DNA of 63,728 nt, filler included, from Perkinsus chesapeaki ATCC PRA-425 (GCA_013115145.1; 7 parts of 7 records of this genome joined end to end with filler, not necessarily neighbours in it); one strand, 5' to 3'. Numbered from the whole stretch's first letter, positions 13,268 to 26,347 are shown. Notes: generated by a model not told the origin, from the sequence alone. Translations and numbers: made by a program.

Positions 13268-15667
13268 TCATTCGTCCTTCAAGCTAAGATATCTCCCGTC
13301 GATGGGATAGAACATAAGGTGCTGAGGGCCGCGATAGTCCGCCGAGGCTGCTGGCAGCTCCGACCGCGCGCCAGGAAACTCCTCGCAGCGAATAATCATA
13401 CCACACCCCAAAAAGAAACCGAAACTCGCAGCACCACCAATGATACTCATTGGCAAGTACCTACCGATGAAACCGAATGACCGCGCGCCCCGAAATTCAT
13501 TACTGGTAATACCATTGCGTAATAATATATTACGTATATTATACATATAAAATTAATATAATGTGTAACATGTATAATTGCGTTTCAATCGGAAGGCGAA
13601 TCCGTCACTCGGACAGAGACAAAATGCAGATCCTCACAAACGCCGTGTACTATTCGACTTGAAAAAAACGATAAATAAAAGCCGGGTAATCAATTATCTC
13701 TATCACGTTGAATAGGACTAATTCTACTATTTTGAATCGTAATAAGTGCGGCCTAGTTCCCCACACTGCTTACCAAAAGTTCCTATACGCCACCATACTG
13801 TATCCGCCAGCCAATACACCAAATATACCTCCAACAGCACCGCCCATCTTGCCTCCCATCTGAAAGATATTCTATAATCTATACTTATTTACTTCGTACG
13901 CTAATACAATGTATACGTTACATATTTGTTCCTCGAGTGCTATCCCCATATGATAAAAATAATGCAAGAGTAATTCACTTTGCATTGATAGCTAATCCCT
14001 TCCCATTATTTTTTTCTTATCGATACTTCAGGGCGATATCCTACATACTAAGAGTCTCTAGTGAAGTAAAAGCATTAGGCATCACCCATAAATAACACTG
14101 GATGCAAAACTTTATACTGTTCCACACTACCAACAAGGGCAACGGTGATCCTATAGCCCTACAGCCCAGCGGCCTGTTGTAGGAGGATCCTGCACTATAC
14201 TATTCCCCTGCATCATCATCCCATAAATATTACAAGTATGCTCTGATAACATGCTCTTGCCCTCGGATTGGATATCCAACGACCACTGCTAATCTTCATC
14301 CAGTAGTCATCTTTAAACCCTGAAAACAGTACGGTGCAGAGAAGCCACGGTTCTCCACTGCAATTCTGAAAACTCAGATTAAAGTACCATGCAGAACGAT
14401 AATAATATTCAAAGTTTTCCATTCATTTTTTATCAATTTACCTACGAGACTTTCCGCACGGAGAAAGATCTAAAAAGTTCCTATACGCTATATTTGTTAG
14501 TAACGTAACTTCTTATCACTTTATGGAATTTCAAAACCGTCTCAAAACCAGAGACTGCGAATCGAACGTGCGGCCTTCCAATCAACAAACATGAACTTTA
14601 TCCGCTACACCATATCATTACCAGGTTCCTCCGCCGGCACCGATGAGGCAAACTTTGAGAAGTCCTCCGAAGCGTACGGATCGTCCTTATCATCCCCGTG
14701 CATCGGCTTGTAGTCCAAATTAATAGGCTTATACGAGGAACCTGATAAAAGACCACTTGACCAAAGATGAACACTACCTTACTAACCAGAAGGGACAAGG
14801 TTGATAAGCTTGAATATAAAACCAGATGATATACCATGGAAAACACCATTTTCCGCGTATTACTTTCAACCTCCTTTGGTGGTGGAGGCGTGAACCCCTT
14901 AAATTCCTCAGCTTTCTGTTGCTGTGATGGCGGTGCCACTGATTTGTACCCCTTTGGTGGCTCAGGAAGGGGTACAGTCCCTCCAGATGGTGGAGCTATA
15001 TGGGTCTCTGACGGCCTGAGAAGACGGAAAATCGGTATGAATCTGCAATACAAACGGATTTGTGAAATGTAATTCTCCATGTCCGATTATCGATTATCTA
15101 TACCCACGAAGTTTCGTCACGCAATTTTCGTAGAAAAAGATTGAGATTTAGAAATATCATATTATTATTTGGCAGGCTGTATACGAGATCCACAAAAACA
15201 CCGCAGATTGCGAGTGTGCAGTATTAAGTGAGACTGCTTTTGGAATGTAGAAAGCTGAGAGATTACACTACATAGATTCTTAATGACGTTGGGAGATGAT
15301 GAAGGAGTTGGATAGATCTGGAAACTAGATAACCAACACAGATACAAATATCCTATCTTTCAATACAGCCTACTAGTCTGACCATACGCATTACGTAAAG
15401 AACTGGGAGGAGTTTAGAGACCGATTCCACACAAGCTCAGCCGAAATTCCAAGCCTAAGTTGAATGCTTCTATATAATACATAGCAGAATAGAAGTAAAT
15501 TTAAACGCTAAAATAAAATAAACATATTAACGCTAATATACAGTTGAGAATCTTAGCTCAAACCATGCATTTACTGCCAATCGAAGATACCTTCCCTATT
15601 ACCTGTTTATATCCTGATCTTTTGCCGAATCAGAACTCGAGGAACCAGATGAAAAAGGCCACACCAT
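13268..15667 (-). CDS. MGR2: Mgr2/Romo1 (TIM23 complex subunit) with long N-terminal extension, 6 exons, 233 aa
   Basis: join 15603-15667, 14864-15015, 14622-14741, 14234-14319, 13774-13859, 13268-13460 = 702 nt in frame, all GT-AG; [66 protein letters not shown] is the Romo1/Mgr2 domain. Confidence 0.9.
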
Positions 15668-15769
15668 TCCGAATGCAACGCAACGACAATACTAATTTGT
15701 CATCTAGCACCGCACCAACGGTCAATCGCGCGCGCCCCAATAATCGATTTATATTGCCCACTTGTAATA

Positions 15770-16964
15770 ATGCTTCCTCTACTATTTGGCGTTGGTGTTG
15801 GTGCTCTGGCAGTAAGACAAGGTAATACGGGCTGGAAGGGCGGAGAGATACCGGTCTCTGGAAAATGGGCCTTTCGAGAGAAAAAGGTGGCCGGAAAGAT
15901 CTAAGATTCGATAAAATTGAGGCTTATTAATGGTAACCTGATCTTTTTAATGCCTATTTTTGCAACTGGTGAAAATGATTTATAGAAATAATTGAGGAAA
16001 GATACGTTCATGTCAAAATAAGATCACAGAAATGACTCGACGGAGAATGCATTTGGTAGGACAGCCAGAGACTCGAGCTAACATTACATTAGGAATAGAA
16101 CGAAGGATTTCATGGTCAGTATTATTTCTGAGTCGTATATGTCCTAGATCTATACAATATTCAGTTAATGCTAAAAATATCTATACTGGAATATATGAAT
16201 AGACTCGTTCATCCAAGTCCGCTAACCATCATCGTGGCACTGCAAAGCCAATATCGAATGCCGCGTATTCGGACGCTTGATTGTCTCTCCACGGTCCATT
16301 GGTTTCTCTATACAAGGAGGACTAGCTCATGTAGAAGACTTATTATATATATTAGTAACACCTAATTTGAACTCATAGTATACATTCAACGACGAGGGCA
16401 CTTAACCAATATAAACCAATAGTAGAGCAAGTGATATATATAACAGATAACACTGCATTACAGTGGTATCGAACAATTATATGGATCCATAACGCTATTA
16501 CCGTTAGTGCCGAATTTGAGGTGTGTATTTCAAATCGATGTGGCAACCTTTCCCTGCCGACTTCTCAGTTCTCAAAACCAGTAATGTCAAATGGTGGGCC
16601 TAAGGAGGTATATTCAAGGCTATATAAGAACAGGATTCTCTGGGTTTAGGGACTCTGGCCGAGAATGGTCTCAAAAGCATGATTGGCTCGATATGACTGT
16701 AGATGAATAACACTACAGTATTACACCAATATACGTTTTCCAAATGAATTCACTTCGTATTTCCAATAGTATATCTAAATTTATCCATAGCTTTCTCTTA
16801 TACCGTGTGACCTGCCCTAGTCCTCGAGGAAATATCTCGTCTATGGTAATTCCTCAGGTATACGATTCGCCAGTGCAGCTGGCATGACCCTGCCCAGAAT
16901 GACAACCATTTTCCGAGCGTCTAACCTAAGGGGGCTTGAAGGCTTCGATCAAACGATGACCAGG
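15770..16964 (+). CDS. PAM18: Pam18/Tim14 (DNAJC19-like) N-terminal part, truncated by contig end
   Basis: Exons 15770-15821 and 16858-16964 give MLPLLFGVGVGALAVRQGIRFASAAGMTLPRMTTIFRASNLRGLEGFDQTMTR: TM segment plus the GF..MT motif that precedes the J-domain; J-domain itself not in window. Confidence 0.75.
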
Positions 16965-17094
16965 GTACTACTAATTAGGGGGTTCTCTAATAGGAGCATT
17001 GGTCGCTAGAAAAGCTCAAATTAATAGAGTTTTTTCACACTAGTAAATAAGTCGTGGCCACATCCACCATCGAGTTGGTGTATGTTGAGGAATA

Positions 17095-17194
17095 NNNNNN
17101 NNNNNNNNNNNNNNNNNNNNNNNNNNNNNNNNNNNNNNTTAATTAATTAANNNNNNNNNNNNNNNNNNNNNNNNNNNNNNNNNNNNNNNNNNNN
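17095..17194. other. Artificial contig linker N44-TTAATTAATTAA-N44; same linker at 41120-41219, 47510-47609, 50773-50872, 57769-57868, 62427-62526
   Basis: Identical 100-nt N-padded spacer with stops in all six frames, seen six times. Confidence 0.98.
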
Positions 17195-19990
17195 ATTGTC
17201 TGCGCAGATACACTATTAGTCACAGTATTAATACAATGTACAGGCGACATAGCAATTTTGCTTGCACAATATAACGAGACGACTGACGAGGTTTACTTGA
17301 AAACGAAGTACCCTGGCAAGTACCCGTTCTACTATGCTATCTCGCAGAGGAAGAACAGGACTCATTCAAGATGCTAACATGTCGGTTGTATTCTGCCAGT
17401 AGAGAGTTTTTTATTCTAAAGTTTGGAATCCAAACTGCATAGGGAATAGCATCGGTTTCACTCAGAGTCGAATTGAGTTCTTTAGGGGTGTCACGAACTA
17501 ATTCATTTCGCAATTGATTATTCATACACCTTAAGAGCCTATGAGAAGTATAGACGGATATCCTCCAGTGAACCTCTACTCACCAACAAACACTTACTTC
17601 AGTTCTAGCCAGATACGATTCTGTCTAGTCCCTCAGACATCAACAGAAACTCTCAGGGCAATAATGATGTAACATCATTGATGTTGATGATCAACACCAT
17701 ATCAACCATGATCAACAGTTGATCAGTCAATCAGGTGAACATGGTCAAGTGCTTACAGGCAAGCCTCATTCTCCATATATCGTCGAACGCCGCGGAATAG
17801 AGAGGAAGGATATCCCTGTATCACATTGATTCTTTTCAGTTTTCGCTACCTAGTAGGAGAGAACTTATATAAATGAATGTGTAATTATGTACATAAATGT
17901 ATATGAGCTTTATATCAACCGACGGTTTCGATGGCGCGGCGTGGACGGCGTATTCCACTCCGTCCTATATATGAATCATATCGCACCTTCAAGGTCCGTG
18001 CCCATACACCCGGTGCTCCTATTCGTCAACTTGGTTAAACAAAGCATCAATCACCGATGCGCGTAACAACTCCTGGAAATGAGTTCCCTTGAAGAAAAAA
18101 TCTCAACATATTCGAATAGCCTATTTAGTGTGCTCCAGTAGCACGCATCACTAAAACAGAAAGTATGTAAGACCGACTTGAGAGCAAAGTCACCGACTGA
18201 TGAGTTCATCGCTCTCCAACCCTTCTATATCGTACTGTTAATGAATACTGTGAGTTACAGTCTGTAACGTCATGATGTAACTCATCGAATGAGATACAGC
18301 TGCTAGTCATTTTGAAGTTTGCTCCAACCGGCGCCGGATCTTTTATATCCAAGCCCATGCTCGATTTGCTTAGGATCTCGATGACTCTTACGGGATTCAT
18401 GGGACACGTCCAAAGATATGATATCTCCCAGCAGGCATTATATCAGCTGCAACCATCATCATCATCGCTAGCGAAATTGGGAGCATAACCTTGTTAAGTT
18501 AGCTTAATACTAGGATAAAATGATACTAAACATGATACTACATCCTACTCGCGAGGTAAGAACACCTGAAGGGGGGGCTGACATGTAGTGCAGCCCGCTG
18601 AAGACATGCAAAAGTTTGTTGTTTATAATTTAAAGCGTGGATGCCGACTGCGGACTGAAGCTCTAGCATCAGCCTTGGGCTAGTAAGAGGCAAAATCTCT
18701 CACTGAGAGCAGAAACGTAGGAAGCAGCGGAGTCCGGAGCAATTCTGCGTCCCAAGCTCAGGTTAGACTCAGATTTAGCCTGTCGACTCGCTCTCGCTGC
18801 AGAGTTAGTATGCTAGACGCGACCAACTGAGTCAAGTCGCACTCGACGTTCAAGTGCTACTTGATGTACTTCAACGCAGTTCTTGCAGTACGCCAGTTCC
18901 TGACCGTACAGTTATTTGAAATAACTTATTGGCGAATGCCACTGGGTAACCCGCGTCTCAACGACGCCGAATCAGCGAACATCAACAGATCACGTCATAA
19001 CATAACAATCCCCCAATGTAGTAGTCTACTAGCAGAGTACTGAGTTGCCTGGCAGCGAGCCAATCGTCTCCCGATATGCCAGTCCAAGTCTTGGACTCCA
19101 AGAGGCACCCGGCAAGTTCAAAGGTGATCTCCGGACCCCGTCGAGATAACAGAGGCACTCTCGCGTCGCTCGAAGCTTGGTGTCGATAGCTGTCAGACCG
19201 CCCATTCAGTTGCTTATCACCATCCTAAACTCTTTGGGCACAGGGTTCACCTTGGACATGACAGAGGCTCGCTCGTTAGCCAGAACTTGCTGGCCTGAAC
19301 CTCATGCTATACGCGTAGTTGTTTGGGTACCGAAGCTATCTAAAATATGAGGGATTGGTTAGGTGGAGTTCTGTACGTGCTCCGGAGTTTGCGCGTCACA
19401 ATATAGCGAGCGTCTACCGTCGAAATTCGATGCATAACTTATTACTTTTAAGCTCGTAATGACTCATTACTAATGAGAGTCTCAACTACTTGTCCAAAAG
19501 CTTATGAAGAGCTCCAGATGTGTTTACATCCCTCATATAGTTATTATCACTTGTCATGCATTAAAGCATGTAGCAAGGCCGAGTACCCGATTGGGGTTAT
19601 CCCACCGCACGTGTACCTTTGCAAGTGGAGCGCGCCTCCTTAAGCGCGAGGCGTCTCAATAAGCTGCGTGAACCCTATGAAACCTGATGGATTGTGCTTG
19701 ATAGCCGATTCCCGCCGGGAACTTCCCGGCTTCCAGTCCGAGTAGAGGGTTTTACGATCCTGTTCTTATCCGTAGTTGTCTCCTCTCTCGCTTTTGTTTG
19801 AGGAGCGGCTCTTAGCATCCCCAAACTTCAAGTCTAACCCCTTTAACCAAAGCTGACATTGAGTTCTATCATGGTAGCTACATCTTATATAGTTCCTAGA
19901 GAGGAGCTCTCTAATCTGCGTTTCTAACAGATAACTCTAGTCAGGGACCTTGACTCAAGGTAATTATCATTATCTCTCATCCCATTCATT

Positions 19991-20785
19991 ATGTCTACAG
20001 CTGCCTTCGTCACTGCGGTCCTCCCGTTGGTTAACGTGTTGGCCGCTCCTTGGTATGGGCCACAAGGATTCCAATGTGTTGACCCTCATATTTCTTATGG
20101 AGCGCCCAAAGTGGTACTGCACTTCGAAGAAACGTCTTTTCAATACAATAAGACGCTAGCCGAGGGCAACGTGAACATGTACGGAGTGTCGGAAGACGGT
20201 AAATCCCACACAGTCGAGGGTGCCCGTTACGTCGTTTTCCTCAACGAAACGACGAAGAAGAGAGTTGTTATTATTCCTTCTGATAGTACTCGTTAGTTCA
20301 CCTCTGCCTTGAACATCAACTTCGTTGGTGAATATCACGGTACTGTTGCAGGAGGGCCTACTGATGAAGTGGTTTTCACTACTAAAAGCCAAGGCTCTGT
20401 TATCACGTTCAACTATGAGTCCTGTTATATCTCTCTGGGGTTGCAGACCTTTTGCTCTAAGAACGGCCTCAAGGTCACGATGGGTGTGAACACTGATAGC
20501 TTTGCCCATGTCATGAGGACCCTCAATGTTGTTAGAGATGGGAACGACCCGGCAACTGTCGAGTTCGCGCTTGTTGGAGTGGAATATCCTTTTCCCATAT
20601 TGGCTGTGAAAAATTACGGTACGAACCTGGAAAAGCTGCTCAGCTATATGGACAGTAAGACAGAGTCCTCGAAGGAGTACTTCTGGATGAAAGGGAATGC
20701 CTTGACTTATGATATTCTGAGGAACTCCCTCACTTTGCACCAAGACAGCACGCCCTCCAATGACATCGTACTTGAAAGTTGTTAG
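19991..20785 (+). pseudogene. Intronless secreted-type protein (about 264 codons) with one in-frame TAG at 20294-20296
   Basis: Signal-peptide-like N-terminus; ORFs 19991-20296 and 20309-20785 share a frame. Confidence 0.6.
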
Positions 20786-21220
20786 TTTTTTTTTCTTCGA
20801 GGGCTTCCCTCACGCCGCAGTAATGCCAGATAGAGGCCACCAGTAACAGGTGTGGTACTCAATTCTATTTTCAACTTATCACTTAGTCGTTTGGTTCATA
20901 GTACTCACTTCCTCCACGACCTTCAAAGCATACACTCGACACAATCAGCTACAGAAATTGACGAGTAATTGACGATGAATAGAAAAGCCATGCCGGAGGG
21001 ATCCCCCGACGCCTCAAATGCTTCTTTCTGTTGGCGAAACCTCAACTTGCGAAACTGCCAAATCAGGCATATATGCCTTCTGTACTCAATGAGAGAATCA
21101 ACCGGTTGGTTGCAGTATTTCTGATCAATGTTGATATCGACACCGATGGGGTCACAGTGTGTTCCTCTCTTCAAAGGAGCAACACTTTCAGCACGTGATG
21201 TTCCTCAGAGGAGTCCTTTC

Positions 21221-21283
21221 AGGAACACCCTCACTTTGCATTAAAAGAGCACGCCATTCAATGACATCTTTATCGAAGCTTGC
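21221..21283 (+). pseudogene. Decayed paralogous copy of the C-terminus of the 19991-20785 gene
   Basis: RNTLTLH*KSTPFNDIFIEAC versus RNSLTLHQDSTPSNDIVLESC. Confidence 0.6.
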
Positions 21284-21806
21284 CACCAGTACGTAGCAAA
21301 TAGTATTCAATGAATACAGAATACCTTGCATGCTGTATGTTTTGGAGGAGGATGATTTCATGGAATCTTTTCAGTGAAGCACTCTTATTGGGCTCGAACG
21401 AAGAGTTGTTGTCGGTCCCAGCCCATATTGCCGGAACTCCGACTGCGGTTGCCGGAACGTGAATGGTCTCACTTCTATTTCAACTGAGAAGGCGATGGTC
21501 GCAATCGACATTCCTCATCAAACTCACTGCGGCTAAATCGAAGTTCCACAACTTTCTTCATTCAAGTATCTTTCCTCCTCGCCTTCACACCAAAAGATAT
21601 TCTAGTGGAGTATCTTGGGATTTATTTCTCACGAAGAAGGTTCGCTAAACGGACTTGGAATCCACTCTCACGGGCCGCTCGTTAACGGATATAAAATGGT
21701 TCGAGGGATACCCTCGTTTTACTAGACCGAGTCAGGTTGGGCGGAAATCTCCACAATAATCGCATAAAATTCACGACGGCATGACGCGCCTTTCTCGTTT
21801 ACGTTT

Positions 21807-24800
21807 TTAACCAGCCACGAAGCCGTGCTTGCGAGGCATTGACCGACTCCAACACAGTGCTGTCCTATGCCACAACAAATGACGCGGCATGAATGGCACA
21901 GCAGTTGATGAGGCTAGGCATACCCACAGGCTCTCCCGCTCAATCGAGCGCTCAGCGAACCGCTCGGAGCAACCCAGGTGCTGGTCGACATAGCTGAAAG
22001 ATGAACTTAACACATACCGCCCCCGCCATATAGCGTTCGACGCACCAGTCAACGAACCACCAATCGTTTGATGAGCCTGCCAATCTGATTTCCAATAACC
22101 ATCAAAGTACTCTTCCAAAGTATGGTAACCTAATAATGCACTCCAACTTGGCGTAAAATATTCTCTCAAGATACCTCCACCTATCCTAACAACAACCATA
22201 TCTCCTCGTGTCGTAAGCCTCATTTTTCTATTCCCTATTGTGTACACCCCAGGCTCGTGCTTCTTCACAGTAACCTAACAGATACAGACTCATCAAGCAG
22301 CTAAAGGAGCTGCCTACTGTGAACTCCGGGTGGGTATCCATATACTCTAGTATTGCCTTGTCGATATGGTCAGCCCTCGCAGCTGACTCCTTCGATGATT
22401 TCTACAAATACAAACAAGAGTCTGTAGTATTTCAAAGAACCGTGGAATGATATGCTACTAGCATAGTTCCGTAATATATGTAACTAACAATGTAAAGAAA
22501 TTGAATTGGTCATGTTAGAGTTTAACTAATAAGCCTTTGTCAACTACATATACTATAGTACAGTAACTATTCTCGATTCACCGTTTGTGACCGCCAGAGG
22601 TATTATACAGGGTGTCCCGATAAAAATGTGCTTTTTTGAATAACTTCTTCAGGAAGGCAAATATTTCGACGGCACGTGCGACGTCCGAAAGCCCTCGAGA
22701 GGGACTTCGTAACAGTATACGGCCCATGATGATATTCGATTGGGTTGGCGAGAAATTAGAATTTAAAAATTCCCAAAAAATCGGTTTCAATGGAAACCGA
22801 GGAGTCCCTCTTGAGGGCTTTCGGACGTCGTACGTGCCGTCGAAATATTTGCCTTCCTGAAGAAGTTATTCAAAAAAGCACATTTTTTGATAGATATAAG
22901 ACATTTTGTAGATATAATATGATCACCCATCGGCACCCAGAAGTAATACCAATGATACTCTAGGCAGCCTGTCCTGCAATGCAACGATTGCATCAGCTAT
23001 CACCGCTGACGTCTCTTCAAGCTTAGAGCTCCGAAACTGCGTTGAAAGTATCTTCTTCTGAAGTTCGTCTATCTGCAATAGCATCCAATACACATCCCCC
23101 TTGCAACTATAACCTTTCGCTTTTCCTCCTCAATCAGCCTTTGTAGATCTTTACACGTGTGATGGCTTGCCGCCCTCGCCTCGTATTCTCGCATGAATTG
23201 AGTATGCAGGGCTATTCCAAAGCAATCAAGGCTCGTCCATTGACAACGCCATTGGCAACCTACCCTCCATCTTCGCGCGGGACTTCCTCCATTCCTCCAC
23301 TCGTTCGGTCGGTGGCTGCTGGCCTCCGAGGTGCGCAGCAGACCTATATTACCGTAGCAAATTATCTCTCTCGGTATCGGTAGGACCTTGTACGGTCATG
23401 CTGGCTAACCCGCCTGGAGCTGTTCCGCAGAGCGGCGCGGGAAGTAGGCGAGAAATAACCGGATTTGGAAGGTGACACCGCCTGAGAGGCAGAAAATAAC
23501 CTTACTCGGTCGGAGCGTCGGAGGACTCCTCTCAGAGGAGCCCTGGCTGTTTCATGGCGAGTTTAGCGCATTTGCATAGCCCAAAGGTTGGGCATTTTTC
23601 ATCAAATTCTCCACCACGAATCGCATCTCTGGAAGGGCGTCTCTCAGCTAGAAAAAGTAACACATGCTATCGCTCGCTTAACAATCAGAAACATGTGAAT
23701 TGAATGAATAGGAAGCTACAATTAAAACAGGCGCGCAAATACACTGGAACTATACGCTGATATTATTGCGTGTAACACTGGCAAACTATTGCAACCACTG
23801 CCTGAAAGAGGCGTAGACAAAACAAGTAATTTGGACGTATCCTCCCCATCCTTCCAGATCCATCTGAGCTATTACCCGAGCCCTCCGAGTTTTGCTGGTA
23901 TCCCCACCAACTGCCGTAGCTAATACTTCACCATCGCCAGCTTGAGCCCTCCCTAGATTGGTGAGAATCGGCCCTGTCGACAAGCCAGCTGTCAACAAGT
24001 TCTTTGGCGCCCCTTCGACTTGCTCCCTCACTACAGGCGCCTGAGTCTGGCAATGCTCCGTTATTTCCTTTGAAGCTTACGCTAACCGGCCTTTGATCAT
24101 CCGGAGGCTTCTGTCCGTTGGCCATCACAGTAGGCATGCGGCCGATCTGACCTCCATAGGGGAGCGATTGAGGTGCTCCTAGAGATTGCGGTGGCCCACT
24201 CCATGCCAGCTGACCTGCCATAGTCGACCATTACTCGTCATTGGAAACAACGTGAATTGGTGTGTGCATTGTCGTCTTACTGTATACATGGCTATTAGGA
24301 GATAGAATTATATATTATATTTAATAATAATTACTCATCGTGTATATCCAATAAAATATACAAGACTGGTAATGATTATATTTTTATTATAATATTTATA
24401 CTATTGCACTGGTGGCCTATACAGCGACGCTAGGTGGCTCGAGGCCACAGACGGAGGGGAGTACTTCCTAATAAGAGAGATTCGCCGTGGGAGCTTTCGC
24501 TTGGACATCTCCCTTCTAGACTACAAATTGATCTACTCACTGAACAAGCAGCCGAAATGACCGCCACTTTCGCTTATCAATATGCCAGTTGTGTCGCACT
24601 GAGCAAGTAATACACTCAACGGTGTCTAGAGCAAAACCTTGGTTAACCAAACCAAGTCTCAACAGCCTTCGTTTCGATGCCACCTTTATCGAGTAGAAAC
24701 CGTCATCGCCGCTTATACGTCGGCTATAGCGCCCCGATTGCATCTCGGACACTGTCACACCGATGGGGCTGAACTGCAACTGAAGTTCTCAAAGAGCTCT

Positions 24801-25197
24801 ATTTGTCAGGGAGAGCTCAAAGCGTCAGATAAGGCTGCCGGATCGTGCCCCATGGGATCCAGGCATACACTAGAATCCTTGCATGAATGTTGTCATCCAG
24901 ATATATCGCTGTACTGATACACCGAAAAGGACCCTCGGAGGGTTTTCCCCCACCCTCCGGCATATCTCCCCCACTATTACCTCTCTGCTGTCCAATGACT
25001 GATTGCCGTTGGATGCTGAGGGTGGAGCTCCTAGCCACTGGCGGCGCCGCCGTCGTTGTTACACTCGAACGTGTCCTTAGATTAGAGCTGCTTAACTGCG
25101 GCGGACCTATCATATTAGGCCAACCATTTGGTGCAAACATCTTGCCCCCTCTAATAGGAAACTTCCTGTAATTAACAAACCCAACTTTAGTTGCCAA
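21807..25197 (-). CDS. Coiled-coil protein with GAR (Gas2-related) domain, many exons; 5' extent uncertain
   Basis: GVYTIGNRKMRLTTRGDMVVVRIGGG|YHTLEEYFD (45-nt intron 22130-22174) resembles the GAR motif VRVGGGW.TL..Y; upstream coiled-coil exons at 23000-23380; link to exons up to 25197 is inferred. Confidence 0.6.
22608..22908. mobile_element. Tc1/mariner-type MITE, 301 bp, TA target duplication, intronic
   Basis: Left end TA|CAGGGTGTCCC; about 90-bp near-perfect inverted arms (22622-22712 / 22800-22887); right end GACATTTTG|TA is a degenerate GACACCCTG|TA; no transposase. Confidence 0.85.
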
Positions 25198-26347
25198 ATG
25201 CAGCTTACGGTGGTATTACCAGATAAGCAATGCAGTGACTCACAGTCAGACTGGGATTAATAGGGGCTGGTCGGCGAGAAGATGTCGCTAAATAATATGC
25301 CGCCTAGTTCCTTTTATACAGCCTTCCTAGATTATCAACATAGGACTAGGCCACGATTAGGGCATTCGACTTGACTTCGGCAGCTGCAGCTGCCGGGGGG
25401 TTTAGGTCCTCACATCCGACGGGTAAAAACACTTCACAGCCGTAGAGAAGGAAAAGTCTCAACTTAACCACATACGGGAGTAGTAGAGATAATAGATGCA
25501 TTACTGTTCTTATACCATTTTAACCAGCAACAGCACAACCAAGACGGTACTAGTAACCGTGGCGCTGCTGCTGTTTTTGATGAAGGATGAGGAGGGGCCT
25601 AAAGAATGCCTTCGACAACAGACCAAAGGAGGAGAGGTTTATTTAGACAAAAGGAAATACTTATGTAATCATAGCTCTTGTAGAGTAGTAGTAATATAAC
25701 ATGCTTCAGACGAGCACACTGATAAATGGTGAACAAGAATAATAGTCAAGTACAGCAGAAGCAGCAGCAGTCGCCCAGTAATAGCCTTTAACGATGATGA
25801 CTCTCGGTCGTGCATTGCCGCCGCCGCGGCGGCTAGAAGAGTCGCATAAAGCCAATGCTAACTCTTAACACTTATCCTTGCTACTACCAACAACAACAAC
25901 TGCCGTGTGAGATGAGGGCACGAATGGGGCTAACCGTGTCGCCTCAAAGCACATAACTGGAATACTATACCGACAGTCGCTGATGTTGATGATGACGAGG
26001 AGAGGTCAGAGAGCCTCTATGCACCCTTCCAAACCGACATAAGACAACAATCAAGATCATCATCATCATCGAGCTACAACACCGTAGGGCTGCAGAATAA
26101 TCTTTGAAGACTTGACCAAGGTGAAGAAGAAGAAAAGTATTGTTTTTATACCAAGTAGTTCGGCGATATAATATTAATGCCGTCACTCTAGTCGAGCGAA
26201 TACTGTATGACTTCTTAATAAGAATCATCAATGGTAGTAGTGAAACATGATCAAAGAGTACTACGTCCGCCAAGCTACACAAGTAGTAGTAGCTGCCGCC
26301 AGACGATCAACTACAACAACTGTTGGTGCCGTGACCGATCATACCGG

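Noticed and set aside
14105-14160. VWNSIK segment as an Mgr2 exon
   Set aside because: Splice phase does not fit; exon 14234-14319 gives the correct in-frame join
17139-17150. TTAATTAATTAA palindrome repeated six times; ORFs ending in XXX..LIN
   Set aside because: Artificial contig linker, not biological
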